Source: the human T2T-CHM13v2.0 reference genome, Homo sapiens
Reading direction: 5' to 3' (one strand)
Assembly: GCF_009914755.1 (NCBI RefSeq)
Contig: NC_060928.1
Length of the DNA: 64,000 bases
Shown: positions 39,795-54,618 of the stretch, one piece after another
Layout of the letters: each line of letters starts with the position of its first letter
Numbering within the stretch: position 1 is the first letter of the stretch
Translations under genes and position numbers: made by a program
Notes under the pieces: generated by a model
The model's input: the letters and a program-made list of their open reading frames with translations, nothing else
What the model was told of the DNA's origin: nothing
Database searches by the model: none

Positions 39795-40762
39795 CTTTTT
39801 TTTACAGGCTTAATTCACTTTACTTTTCTTGTATAAAAACCCTATGTTGTAGCCACAGCTGGAGCCTGGGTCCGCTGTACGGAGACTCTGGTGTGGGTCT
39901 TGAGGAGGTGGTCAGTGAATTCCTGATAGGGAGACTTGGTAAATACAGGTCTCCTTCCAGAGGTCGGGGGCCAGGTAGCTGTAGGTCTTAGAAATGGCAT
40001 CAAAGGTGGCCTTGGCGAAGTTGCCCAGGGTGGCAGTGCAGCCTCGGGCTGAGGTATAGCAGTCATTGATACCAGCCATCATAAGCAGCTTCTTGGACAC
40101 AGGTGTGGAGACGATGCCAGTGCCCCTGGGTGCAGGGATGAGGTGCAGCAGCACAGAGCTGCAGCGGCCTGTAACCTTGCAAGGGACGGTGTGGGGCTTG
40201 CTGATCTTGTTCCCCCAGTAGGCTCTGCGCACGGGGACAATGGAGAGCTTGGCCAGGATGGTGGCCCCACGGATGGCGGTGGCCACCTCCTTGGAGCACT
40301 TAACATCCAGACAGAAGTGGCCATTGTAGTCCCCGACAGCAACAAACGCCTTGAACCTGGTGCCCTGGCCGGCAGGGGACTGCTTCTGCACCGGCATAAT
40401 CTTCAAAACCTCATCCTTGAGAGAGGCCCCCAGGAAAAAGTCAATAAGTCAATGATCTCTGATTCCTTTATGGGCAGGGAGAAGAGATAGATCTCCTCCA
40501 GGGACTTGATCTTCATGTCCTTGACCAAGTGGCCCAGCTTGGTGACGGGCATCCACTCCTTATCCTCAGCTTTGCCTCCATGAGCTCCACGGCCTCGGCC
40601 CTGGCCCCATCCATGGCCGCTACCCTGGCCCTGGATGCCACTGCCGAAACCTCCACCGAAGCCACCGTGGTTCCCCATCCCAGGGCCACCAGGGCCTCTG
40701 GCCCCCCACTCCCCCGCTGCACCAGCGTCATCCACCATTTGGTGTTTTCTTGGAGAAGAAGA
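39795..40762 (-). pseudogene. RPS2: Processed pseudogene of 40S ribosomal protein S2 (uS5)
   Basis: ATG at 40738 (MVDDAGAAG...[14 protein letters not shown]...[15 protein letters not shown]...[12 protein letters not shown], stop at 39842); intronless; 5' pyrimidine leader; short poly-A; TSD aagaagttaatt 39783-94 / 40763-74; frameshifts from an 8-bp duplication at 40438-53 and a +1 near 39948. Confidence 0.98.
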
Positions 40763-43443
40763 AAGAAGTTAATTTTTAAACAAATGAAAACAGAAACACA
40801 ATGTACTAAAACCTTTAGGATATAGCAAAAGCAATGTTAAGGTAGAATTTTATAATAATAAATGCCTACATCAAAAAAGTAGAAAAATTTAAAATAATCT
40901 ATGTACCTCAAGAAACTACAAAAATAAGAACAAATCTAACCCCCAATTTATAGGAAAAAGAAATAACGAATATTAGAGCAGAACTAAACAAAGTGGACAC
41001 TAAAAATAAAAATACAAAGGATGAATTAAACAAAAACATTTTTTGAAAAGATAAAATTGGTAAACTGCTACCTAGATAAAACAAAGAATAAAAGAATGAC
41101 CAAAATAAACAAAATGAGAAATAAAAAGGGAAATATTACAACCAATACCACAAAAATATAAACAACTGTCAGAGACTGTTATGAAAAGCTATGCTTAAAC
41201 ATGTTGGAAAACCTGGAGAAAATGGATAAATTCCTGGACTTATGCAACTTACCAAGATTGAACAAGGAAGAAAGAGGGAACATAAACAGAACAATGAGTA
41301 ATAAGATTGAACCAGTAATAAAAAATCTCCCAACAAAGAAAAGCTCAGTAAACTGGCTTTACTGCTGAATTTTACCAAAATTATAAGGAAAAACTAACAC
41401 TAATTCTTCTTAAACTATTCTAAAATATTAAAGAGGAAGGAATCCTTTCTAAATCATTCTATGAGCAAGACATACCTGGACACTAAGACCAGACAAGGAC
41501 ACACAATAAAAGACTACAGGCACATATCCCTGATGAACATAGGCACAAAATTCCTCAACAAAATACTAGCAAACAGAATCTAACAACACATCAAAAAGAT
41601 AATACACCAAAATCAAATGAGATTTGTCCTAGGGATGCAAGGATAGTTTGATATATGTGAATTAATAGATGTGATGCATCATATCAACAGAATGAAGGAC
41701 AAAACCATATTGACCATCTCAATAGATGCAGAAAAAGTATTTGATAAAATTCAACAATGTTTCATAATAAAAACTCTTCACAAATTAGGCATAGGAGTAA
41801 CATACCTCAATACAACAAAGGCCATGTATGACAAATCCACAGCTAACATCATAATAAATGGGGAAAATCTGAAAACCTTTTCTCTAAGAACTGGAACAAG
41901 ACAAGGATGCCCAGTGTTACTACTCTTATTCAATATAATGCTGAAAGTCCTAGCCAGAACAATATGGTAAGAGAAAGAAAGAAAAGGCAACCAAGTTAGG
42001 AAAGAGAAAGTCAAATTGTCCCTCTTTGCATATGACATGATCTTATATTTTGAAAAACTAGAAGAATCCACTGAAAACTATTAGAATTGGTAAACAAATT
42101 CAGTAAAGTTGCAGGATAGACAATTAACCTATAAAAATCACTATGATTTCTATACATTAATAATAAAATAGCTAACAAGGAAACCAAGAAAGCAATTCCA
42201 TTTATCATAGATACAAATAAACAAAATACTTAGAAATAAATAAAACCAAGGGGATGAAAGATCTCCACAAGGAAAACGATAAGACACTGATGAAAGAAAC
42301 TGAAAACACAAACAAATGGAAACACATCCTATGCTCATGGACTCGAGAATTAATATTGTTGAAATGATCATATTATCCACAGAAATCTACAGATTCAATA
42401 AAATCCCTAACAAAATACCAATGACATTGTTCACAGAAGTAGAAAAAAAAACAGTCTTAAATGTGTATGGAATCACAAAAGACATGAATAGCAAAAAAAT
42501 TCTGAGCAAAAAGAATAAAGCTAGAAGAAGTAAGCTACTTGACTTCAAAATATACTACAAAGGTATAGTAAACAAACAAACAAACAAAAAACAAAACATG
42601 GTTTGGGATAAAAACACATAAACTAGTGAAACAGAATAGAAAGCCTACATATAAATAACTGTATTTACAGCCAATTGATATTTTACAAAGGTACCAAGAA
42701 CATAGATTGAGAAACGGATACCCCCTTCAATAAACAATGCTGAGAAAACTAGATATCTATATGCAGAAGAATAAAACTAGACTCCAGTCTGTCACCATAT
42801 TAAAAAATCAACTCAAAATGGATTAAAGACTTAAATATATGACCCAAAACTATAAAACTACTAGAAAAGAAAAACACAGGGGGAAAAACTTCAGGACATT
42901 GATATAGGCAAAGATTATACAACTAGAACCTCAAAAGCAGCCAAAACAAAAAGATGCAAACGGGACTATATGAAACCAAAATGCTTTTGCACATCAAAGG
43001 AAATAATAAACAGGGTGGAGACACAACCTTTAGAATGAAAGAAAATATTGCAAGCTATTCAATCCAACAAGGGACTAATATCCAGAATCTATAAGAAACG
43101 CAAACAACTGCACAGCAAAAGCAACAAATAATCTTATTAAAAATGGGCAAATAATCTGAATAGACATTTCTCAAAAGAAGATATACAAATGGCCAACAGG
43201 TATATGAAGAAATGCTCAACATAATTAATCATCAGAAAAAACGCAAAGCAAAACCACAATGAGATATCATCTTATCCCAGTTAGAATGGGTATTATCAAA
43301 ATGACAAAAACAAAAAACAAAAACAAATGTTGATTAGAATGTGGAGCAAAGGGGGTTATTATATATTCTTAGTAGTAACATAAATTAGTATAGCCATTAT
43401 AGAAAACAGTATGGAGATTTCTCTTTTCTTTTATTTTCTCTTC

Positions 43444-43746
43444 TTTTTTTTTTTTTTTTTTTTGAGATGGAGTCTCACTCTGTCACCCTGGCTGGAGGGC
43501 AGTGGCACAATGTCAGCTCACTACAACCTCTGCCTCCTGGGTTCAAGTGATTCTTGTGTCTCAGCCTCCCAAGTAGCTGGGACTACAGGCGTGCGCCACC
43601 ATGCCCGGATAATGTTTTGCATTTTTAGTAGAGATGGGGTTTCACCATGTTGGCCAGGCTGGTCTCAAACTTCTGACTTCAGGTGATCAGCCTACCTTGG
43701 ACTCCCAAAGTGCTGGGATTACAAGTGTGAGCCACTGCACCCAGCC
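43444..43746 (-). mobile_element. AluS inserted in L1
   Basis: Poly-T plus antisense Alu; flanks gagatttct / gaggtttct. Confidence 0.94.
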
Positions 43747-43939
43747 AGAGGTTTCTTAAAAAACTAAAAATAGAGATACTATATGATCCAGCACTCCTAC
43801 TTCTGGGTATTTAGCGAAATGTAAAGGAAATTAATATATCAAAGAGATTCCTACACTTCCATATTTATTGCAGTTCACAATAGCTAAGATATGGAGTCAA
43901 CCTAAGTGTCCATCGACAGATAAATTGATTAAAAATGTG

Positions 43940-43941
<2 letters not shown>

Positions 43942-43972
<31 letters not shown>
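43942..43972. repeat. (CA)n microsatellite
   Basis: Direct reading. Confidence 0.95.
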
Positions 43973-43974
<2 letters not shown>

Positions 43975-44495
43975 GAGTGGAAAACTATTCAGCCATAAAA
44001 AAGAGTGAAATTCCATCATTTGCGGCAACAGGATGGAACCAGAGGTCATTATCTTAAATGAAATAAAGCCAAGCACAGAAAGACAAATATTATGTGTTCT
44101 CTCTGATATGTGGAAGCTAAAAAATTTGATCTCATGGAAGTGGAATAGAATGGTGGTTACCAGAGGCTGTAAAACTGAAGGGTGCAGGAGTCTATGAAAA
44201 GAAATCGGTTAATAGGTACAAAAATACAGTTAGATAGATGGAATAAGTTCTAGCATTTGATAATACAGTAGTGAAATTATAGCTAATAATTTATTGCATA
44301 TTTCAAAATAGCCAGAAGAGAAAAGCTGTAATGTTTCCAACATGGAATGATAAATGTTTGAGTTGATGGGTATACTAAAGATACTGACTTGATCATTACC
44401 TATTGAATGCATGTATCAAAATATTAGATGGACTCCATAAACCTTTATAAATATTATGTATTTGTAAAACTATTTTTGAAAAATAGGGCCAGTAA

Positions 44496-44795
44496 GGTCA
44501 GTTGCAGTGTCTTACACCTGTAATTCCAGTATTTTGGAAGGCCAAGGGAGAAAGATGTGAGAATTGCTTGAGGCCAAGAGTTTGAGAGCACACTAGGCAA
44601 AATTGCGAGACGTTGCCTCTAAAAAAATTTTTAAAAACTAGCTGGGTATGGTGGCAAGTGCTTGTAGTCCTAGTGCTCTTAGGAGGCTGAGTTAGGAGGA
44701 TCACATGAATGTAGGAGTTCAAAGCTGCAGTGAGCTATGATCACACCACTGCTCTCCAGTCTGGGCAACAAAGCAAGACCCTGTCTCATTTAAAA
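44496..44795 (+). mobile_element. AluJ
   Basis: Diverged Alu with AluJ features (ggaggatcac, gagctatgatcacaccactg). Confidence 0.88.
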
Positions 44796-44854
44796 TATTA
44801 GGGCAAGTAAAAGAAGCTATTACACAGATACAGTATCATTTCGTTTCAGTTATT

Positions 44855-46059
44855 GTGTATAATGAAAGTTTTATGTAACTGTTTTTCCAAGATCCCTGAA
44901 TAATAAACAGATTTTATAAGCTTTCACATGTGGACCAAATTATGTTGTAACTTTAAGGGTCAATAAACATTGAAAGGAAGAAAGAACGTGAATTTTCTCT
45001 AGAATAAAAAGAGAAAGAGATCTTTCTCTGTGTCTTTTTTTTTTTTTTTGCTGTAAACAAGGATAAACATCTTTTTTATTTATTTTTTCATTTATTTATT
45101 TTTATTATACTTTAAGTTTTAGGGTACATGTGCACATTGTGCAGGTTAGTTACATATGTATACATGTGCCATGCTGGTGCGCTGCACCCACTAACTCGTC
45201 ATCTAGCATTAGGTATATCTCCCAATGCTATCCCTCCCCCCTCCCCCCACCCCACCACAGTCCCCAGAGTGTGATATTCCCCTTCCTGTGTCCATGTGAT
45301 CTCATTGTCCAATTCCCACCTATGAGTGAGAATATGTGGTGTTTGGTTTTTTGTTCTTGCGATAGTTTACTGAGAATGATGGTTTCCAAGTTCATCCATG
45401 TCCCTACAAAGGACATGAACTCATCATTTTTTATGAGCATTTCCTTTAGAAAACTTTTAATTGTAATTTTTTTTCTATTACTTTCAGGTGTTTGCAAATC
45501 TTTTTAGAAGCTAAATATCCATTTTTCCAGCTTTAAAAGCCATAAATGCTTTTCTCAAGGGCCATTTCTGTGAAATGCAATCGCTAAAGAAGATAGTTCT
45601 CTAGTCTCTATTTCCTGTAAGAAGATGGGAAATTCTTCAGCTGACTGACTTCAGCTGGTGCCTAGCTTCAAGTTGCAAGTCTTCCTCCTGTCATAAAGAT
45701 ATGAGAAATTCTTGTTTTCCTTTGGACAAAGCCAATTAGCTAACATAGATGGCAACTTAATTACCAGGTGAATTAAGATTAACTACTATATGAGACAGAT
45801 AATGCTGTCAAGTCCTCTTACTTGAGTACTAGTTATTATTTATTTTGAGAATGTGTATGCAGTGGGTTGTATCTGCTTAACTATGAAGGGGATGAAAAAT
45901 CTGTCTTTATAATCTCTTTATCAGATTGTCTGTGGTATGCATCACATTGTGCTTTAATATGTATTCAACAATAAAACTATTTTCTTTCTCTTCTATATTT
46001 AGAGAAGTTTTCAAGGTTGGCAGGAGATTTTGTTTTTAATTATGTATATTTCCTTAACA
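44855..46059 (+). mobile_element. ERV1-type LTR (MER34-like, tentative) interrupted by L1
   Basis: LTR-like body with aataaaactattttctttctc near 45970 and terminal tttccttaaca. Confidence 0.5.
45072..45434 (-). mobile_element. Young L1 3' end (L1PA2/3-like)
   Basis: ttattatactttaagttttagggtacatgtgcacattgtgcagg...; GAG rather than ACA at the Ta-diagnostic site (actaactcgtcatc). Confidence 0.92.
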
Positions 46060-47545
46060 TAACACACATCTGATGTATCACTCTTTTATTTAAACATTTG
46101 GATGGCTTTCTTTTATTTGTGGGATAAACTCTAAATCCTTAGTTCAAGTTCAAGGTCCTTGTATTCATCTGGGGTCACACTGCTATAAACCTATAAACAT
46201 ACTACCTGAGACTGGATAATTTATAAAGAAAAGGGGTTTAATTGACTCACAGTTCTGCATGGCTGGGGAGGCCTCAGTAAACTTATAATCATAGCAGAAG
46301 ATGAAGGAGAAGCAAAGGCACATCTTACATGGCAGCAGGCAAGAGAGGGAGTTTCAGCAAGAGCAGGGAAAATTGTCTTATTAAATCATCAAATTTCCTG
46401 AGAACTCACTCTCACAAGAACAGCATGGGGACACCACTCCCAAGACCCAATCATCTCCCACCTGGATCCTCCCCCAACACGTGGGGATTATGGGAATTAC
46501 AATCCAAACAGAGATTTGGGTGGGAACACAGAGCCAAACCATATAATCCTGCCCCTGACCCCTCTCAAATCTCATGTTCTCACATTCAAAAACCAATCAT
46601 GCCAACAGTCCCCCAAAGTCTTAACTCATTTCAGCATTAACTTAAAAGTCAAAGTCCAAAGTTTCATGTGAGACAAGGCAAGTCCCTTCTGCCTAGGAGC
46701 CTGTAAAATCAAAAGCAAGTTAGTTACTTCCAAGATACAATGGGGTTACAAGTATTGGATAAATGCTCCCATTCCAGATGGGAGAAATTGGCCAAAATGA
46801 AGGGGCTACAAGCCCCATGCAAGTCTGAAATCCAGCAGAGCAGTCATTAAAGCTTAAAGCTCCAAAATGATCTCCTTTGACTCCATGTCTCACATCTGGG
46901 GCATGCTGATACAAAGGGTGGGCCCCCGTGGTCTTGGGTAGCTCTGCTTCTCTGGCTTTGTACAGCTCCCTGCCCCAGCTGCTTTTATGGCTCTCACTGA
47001 GGGTCTGTGGCTTTTCCAGGAGCCTGGTACAAGTTGTCTGTGGATCTACCATTATGGGGTCAGGAGGTCTGTGGCCCTCTTCTCACAGCTCTGCTAGGGA
47101 GTGCCCAGTGGGGACTCTGAGTGTGGACTCCAACCCCACATTTTCCTTTCATACTGCCCTAGCAGTGGTTCTCCATGAGGACTTCACTCCTGCAGAAGAC
47201 TACTGCCTGGACATCCAGTCATTTCCATACATCCTCTGAAATCTAGGTGGAGGTTTCAAACCCTCAATTTGTGACTTCTGTGCACCTGAAGGCCCAACAC
47301 CACATGGAAGCTGCCAAGGCTTGGGGTTTGCACCTTCTGATGTGGTGACCTGAGCTGTACCTTGGCCCCTTTTAGCCACAGCTGGGAAGCAGGGCATCAA
47401 GTCTGGAGACTGCACAAAGCCTCAAGGCCCTGGGCCCTGCTCAGGAAACCATTTTCCAACTTAGGCCTTTGGGCCTATGCTAAGATGGGCTGCCAGGAAG
47501 ACCTCTGACATACCCTGGATACATTTTTTTCCATTGTCTTGGTGA

Positions 47546-48743
<1,198 letters not shown>

Positions 48744-49589
48744 GTTCCACAGATCTCTAGGGCTGGGGCAAAATATTGTCAGTCTCTTTGCTAAAGTATA
48801 GCAACAGTGACCTTTGCTTAAGTTCCCAAGTTCCTCATCTCCACCTGAGACCACCTCAGCCTGGACTTCATTGTACATATCACTAACAGCATTTTGGTCA
48901 AAACCATTCAACAAGTCACTAGGAAGTTCCAAACTTTCCTACATCTTCCTATCTTTTTCTGAGCCTTCCAAACTGTTCCAACCTCCGCCTGTTACCAAGT
49001 TGCAAAGTCACTTCCACATTTTCAAATACCTTCATAGCAGTACCCCACCCCGTGTGGTACCAATTTACTGTATTAGTTTCTTCTCACACTGCTGTAAATA
49101 TACTACCTGAGACTGGATAATTTATAAAGGAAAATGATTTAATTTACTCACACTTCTGCATGGCTGGAGAGGCCTCATGAAACTTACAATCATGGCAGAA
49201 GGCGAAGGAGAAGCAAAGGCACATCTTACATGGTGGCAGGCAAGAGGGAGTTTTAGCAAGATCAGGGAAAACTGCCTTATAAAACCATCAGAACTCCTGA
49301 GAACTCACTCACTATCACAAGAACAGCATGGGGGCACCACCTCCATGATTCAGTCACCTCCTCTCTGGACCCTCCCTTCATGTGTGGGGATTATGGTAAT
49401 TATAAATGGAGATGAGATTTGGGTGGGCATACAGAGTCAAACCATGTCGGTACACTACCATATAGCACTATCATATTTTTCAATATCATCTCTTTGCCCC
49501 TACCTCAGTGACCCTACATACAAGTTACAGCAAACTGCTTAACATCTCCTGAGTATGCTATGCAAATTCAAATATTCATCAGAGGCATA

Positions 49590-50790
49590 TGGTAGAGCAG
49601 GACTGCAGAATTACAGCATAAGAAGTTTGGTGGACCATTTTCTTTGCAAAATAACTTAACTGATGAAAATTATAAAAATAATTCATTTAAAGTCTCTGGA
49701 AATTGTCCTAAGGACAGGAATGAGGAAGAAATAAAAATATGGAATATAGGAAACACAAGAAATGGAAAATATTAATTCAAGAAAATCTACTAAATATTGG
49801 TAAACACAGAGGGAGTCTATGATATTAAAATGATAAATTGCTCTTTTAAAACTCTTCCTCCACCTCCATGCTATGTAATCTCTAGCTCAAGTGTTCTGGG
49901 GCCAAAAATACTGGCTACCTCTTCTTCCAGATTCTAGTTTAAGCATGGGAAACAATGTTAAAGTATCAATGAAAGATATGATGACAATATGTCTTCAAAT
50001 ACAGAATATCAATAAAGACACAGAAATTCTAAAAAATCAAAATTCTGCAATTGAAAAGACAACTAACAGAAATTTTTAAAATTCACTGGAAGTACTCAAC
50101 AGTCGATGTTAGCCGTTATCGGAAGAAAGAATTAGCAAAGTTGAAGAGATCATTGGAGATTATTCAATCTGACAAAGAAGAAGAAAATATAATAAAGAAC
50201 AATGAACAGCGTTTGCAAAAAATGTGGAACACATGTACAACTTTGAAACAATTAGAAGATAAATCATTCCATCCAAGGGCCTCATAAATGGAAAAAAATG
50301 AATGGAAAGTACAAATTAAAATATTCAATTAAGATGACTTGGGTATGAGTTCTAACATAAGAGTAAATTCAAATGTGTCTATTTGCTTAATTTATCATTT
50401 AGAAAGATACTTTTAATTTTAAAAATAATATAATTTTTAAAGATTCTCTCTTAAATAAAAATATACCTAAGAAAAGGTTTGAAACATAATAACATTTAAA
50501 TACAAATCATTATAATAATAGAGGTAACAACCTTTATGATTTCACAATAGAATTTACGGCCTAAGAAAAAATAGGATCAAAGAAAAAATTGTATTTTGTA
50601 AAGGAAAAATGGATGAAATGTTATATTTATCATAAATATGTATAAACTTATTTAAAATGTATTAAGCAACTCTTGACGGAACCATGAGATCAATGGATTA
50701 ATGAAAAATTGTAACTGGTCATTTTAACGTACTCCTCTCAGAGAGATCAAGCAGACAAGATAAACTTCATTGTATGACCAAACATTTTTA
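49590..50790 (+). mobile_element. Ancient L1M fragments (5'/ORF1-like)
   Basis: A-rich degraded L1 motifs (aaagacacagaaattctaaaaaatcaa, gaaagaattagcaaagttgaag). Confidence 0.55.
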
Positions 50791-50927
50791 TTTAATAGAG
50801 AAAGCCTTGGATGAACTGCTTCTTATCAAATTATTTTGAGGTAGACTTCCCTATTTATTCAAAAATATAATCAAACACCTGTCTGAAGTTAATTCAAATA
50901 CTTTAGTAATTATTTACTGAGAGGTGA

Positions 50928-51275
<348 letters not shown>

Positions 51276-54253
51276 TCTGCTTTTAATTCTTGCCTGGATC
51301 ACTTTAGAGAGGAGAGATCAGCAGCTCCATTGAAGTTAACGTCTCACAGCAAAAGTCCAAGCTCTCTTGCAGAATCTTTGGCTGAGATTTGACAACTGTT
51401 CTGTGAAACAGGACTCATTTACCTATTCTTCTTTGCCCAAACAGCAAAACAGTGTTAGCAAGAATTGCAGGTGCTTCATTTCTGAAAAGAGGATCAAAAA
51501 TATCTTTTCAGTTACACATTTTAGTAGCAAAGGATTTTCAGGAGATGTTGACGATTTTAAATGAGCTCTCCAAACAGGAATTCTCAGTGGTCATCCCAGT
51601 TTAAGAGGTGAAATCTACGTGTTGGCTACACAAAGAGATTTCAGTAGTTTCATGTTGCTGCATGCTGATTCTTTGCTAATTATTCAGTGACTTTCATTAA
51701 TATACTCTCAGATTCTCTGTTGATGCTGAATCACGGATTCTTTAGTGATCTCTTATGTATTAGAAAACAAATGACTGGTGTCATTTGTCACACACACTGC
51801 ATCTTTTCTTTCTGGGCAAAAAAACTACAAAAAAAGCTTATCTATTTCTATTTCATGATTGTATCAAAGTCTCCACAATTCGGAGCAGATTTGTTTCATA
51901 ATTGGAAATGCAATACCTAACCCTGTGTAGGATGCTTTCAAGGAAGGTTTTGATTCAGAGTAGCCTTAGTTTCCAGCCTCTTTAAATCAAGCCATTTTCT
52001 CTTGAGACATATCAATGTGTGTGACATATTGTCAGGTTGAACACACCTGACGAGTTTTTCAGCCTCCAGGGCTTTAGATTACTATTGGCGTACAAAGTTT
52101 GTCATGCTATAAATATTGCCGTTTGATGATCAATCAGATTTTTAAATGAAATTAAAATCTAAAGTAATTTCAGCTTCATTTTACTATATTTTCTTTGACA
52201 GTTCCCAACTTAAATGATGTCTGATATAAAAAACAGCGGAGAAGTATGTGTTTTATTTATTTATATCAAGCAGAAACTTGAAAATGATTATACTCACATA
52301 CATGTATGCTCAGTTGTATTCTATGCCATTTACAGCAAAGACATAATAGCATTAATGTAACATAACATTAATAAAGCATTTTATGTTAGTTTTAATGTAA
52401 TTATAAAATACAATTAATATAACATTTTCTCTGTAAACAAAAACAGTTTACAATATGACAGAAAGGTAATGAAAAAAGGGTGTGTGTGCCTGTGTGTGAG
52501 TGTATTCATGAATGTGTGTGCCTCTGTGTGCATAAGGCCTATATTTTCTTCTGGGCTATGCCTAGTTCATGGAACTCCTAAAGACTCCCCATAGGTAAAA
52601 GATTAAAGCTTCCATTCTAGGGGAATTTTAAAGGGTCTGCATTTACCAAAATTGAGTGCAGAGCCAGAAAGATATTGATTTGTAGCTCATATGTGAGGCA
52701 AGCCTTGACCCTTGCTGAAGTGCATTGGATAATGAGTTATTTAAAGAAATGTCACACAGCTTTGATTGAGTAATGCCCCCTTGCTAAAAAAAAATCTATA
52801 ATTAATCTCCATTTTTTCAGAATATACTAAGGCTTCTTAATTTGGTATGCAAGACACTCATGATTTCCAAGTGTATTTTCAACTATTTATCATCAGGAAA
52901 GCTACATTATTGCTAAAAAGAACTCCAGACTTACTTAGTTATTGCGTATGTGCCCAGTGCTTCCCTATCTTCATTAAAAACATGCTTTATTTCTCCCACA
53001 CTTCTGTTTTCTTAAGGTCTAAAGATGGTGCATCTTTTATAACTCAGTTTAAATTATGTATCCTCTATATTGTCTGCCCTAATAAAGTCAGTAAAAAAAT
53101 AATTTCTTCACTGGGGGGAATCTCAAGACTCTGGATTTTCTGTGTCATTTTAGAATAAAAAATTTCATTTTTTATCTTGTATTTATCATTTTGATATTTT
53201 TTATTAATGCTTTCCTTGATGAATCTTTGTAACATCTGCATCATCTCAGTGCTTTGCACACATTAGTCATTCATTAGCTACTTGTCGAGTGAATGAATCA
53301 ACAAATGAAGTAATAATGAAGAGTAGAATTTTTTTCTTAATAATTCTTTACTTTGGCTTATGCTGCCTGTCAGCTTGGGTTAGCAGCAACTCTTTCTCTC
53401 AATAATTTCATGATTGATTATCTGTTCAGCAGTACCTAATGAAGAAAACAATTCTTAGCTGAGAATACTGATCCAAAGTATCATTTGCTTTGCTGGAGTT
53501 GATATTACCATGTAAACAATAAATTTTTAATTGTCAGGACTTAGCAATATTAGATTTTTGAAAAAGAATCTTAAAATTCTATTCATATGGAATCATACAA
53601 AAATAGAAAGTCTTGTGATAGAGCTACAGATTTTATGTTAAAGGCTATTTATTATCCAATTGATGTATTAAGAGCCTGTTACAAATCACGTACTGTGCAC
53701 AGACTTTACATCAAACCTCAGAAGAGCCCTCAGATTAGGTGTAACTCCATTCCTCAAATGAAAGTACAAGGCCCAGAGAGGTTAAGCGGATTCACATCAC
53801 ACAACTATTGATTGGTACATTGAAGATTTATATCCAGGTCTGTTCTCTTTCCATTGTACTGATTTTGTTCTTAAGTTTGCTTTAATTTTGACATTGAAGA
53901 TGTCAGATATAGAAAATTTTGTATAGTGAGCAAAACCCTGAAACAGGAGACTAAAAACTATGGCTGTTGAAAATAAATTAAGCTGAAGTAGGTAGGAGTG
54001 TAAACATTCACTACTAGGAAGATAGAATACTATAAGATATAAGCAAAATTCAGGTGGTACAACCAGTGTTAACAGACCACATAATTTAGGGCAAAATGCT
54101 AATATCATTAAAATGAGGATAATAATAATCTCCTTTCTTTTTTTTTGTATGTGTTTACAGTAAAATATATTTGGCATTAGTAAATGTTCAATAAATATTC
54201 CATCAGTGATAAATATTTTTGGAAAATTTTAATTAACTTTAACTAAAGTTGGC

Positions 54254-54618
54254 TGCATTAGTTTACTAGAAATCTCACAATGTAATACCACAGACTGAGA
54301 GGTTTAAGCAACAGAAATGTATTTTCTACTAATTCTGGAGGCCAGAAATTCAAAATTGAGGTATTGGCAGGCCTCAATTCCTTTGAGGCCTCTTTGGTGT
54401 AGAAATGCTGCCTTCTTGGTATGTCCTCACATAGATACCTCTCTGTCCTTATCTCCTCTTCTTAGAAGGACATATTGGATTAGGGTCTACTCTAATGACC
54501 CCATTTTAACTTAATTACCTCTTTATAGATTCCAATTCCAAATACAGCCACATTATGAGGTATTGGGTGTCAGGCTTTTAACATACGAATTTGAGGGGAT
54601 GGGAATAATTCAGCCCAA
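54254..54618 (-). mobile_element. MLT1A-type LTR
   Basis: taccacagactgagaggtttaagcaacagaaatg...ctaatgaccccattttaacttaattacc. Confidence 0.8.

Larger units (their letters stand above)
39232..44480 (+). mobile_element. Large degraded L1 (L1MA-type), from the EN domain to the 3'UTR
   Basis: KQAGVAILISDKTDFK (EN), [13 protein letters not shown] and TGTRQGCP (RT), L1MA-like 3'UTR; interrupted by the RPS2 retrocopy, an Alu and (CA)n. Confidence 0.92.

Noticed and set aside
39842-40738. Functional RPS2 gene or retrogene
   Set aside because: Intronless with TSD and two frameshifts.
45072-45434. Possible L1HS-Ta polymorphic insertion
   Set aside because: It carries GAG, not ACA/ACG, at the diagnostic site and has a degraded tail, so it is likely an older fixed L1PA2/3.
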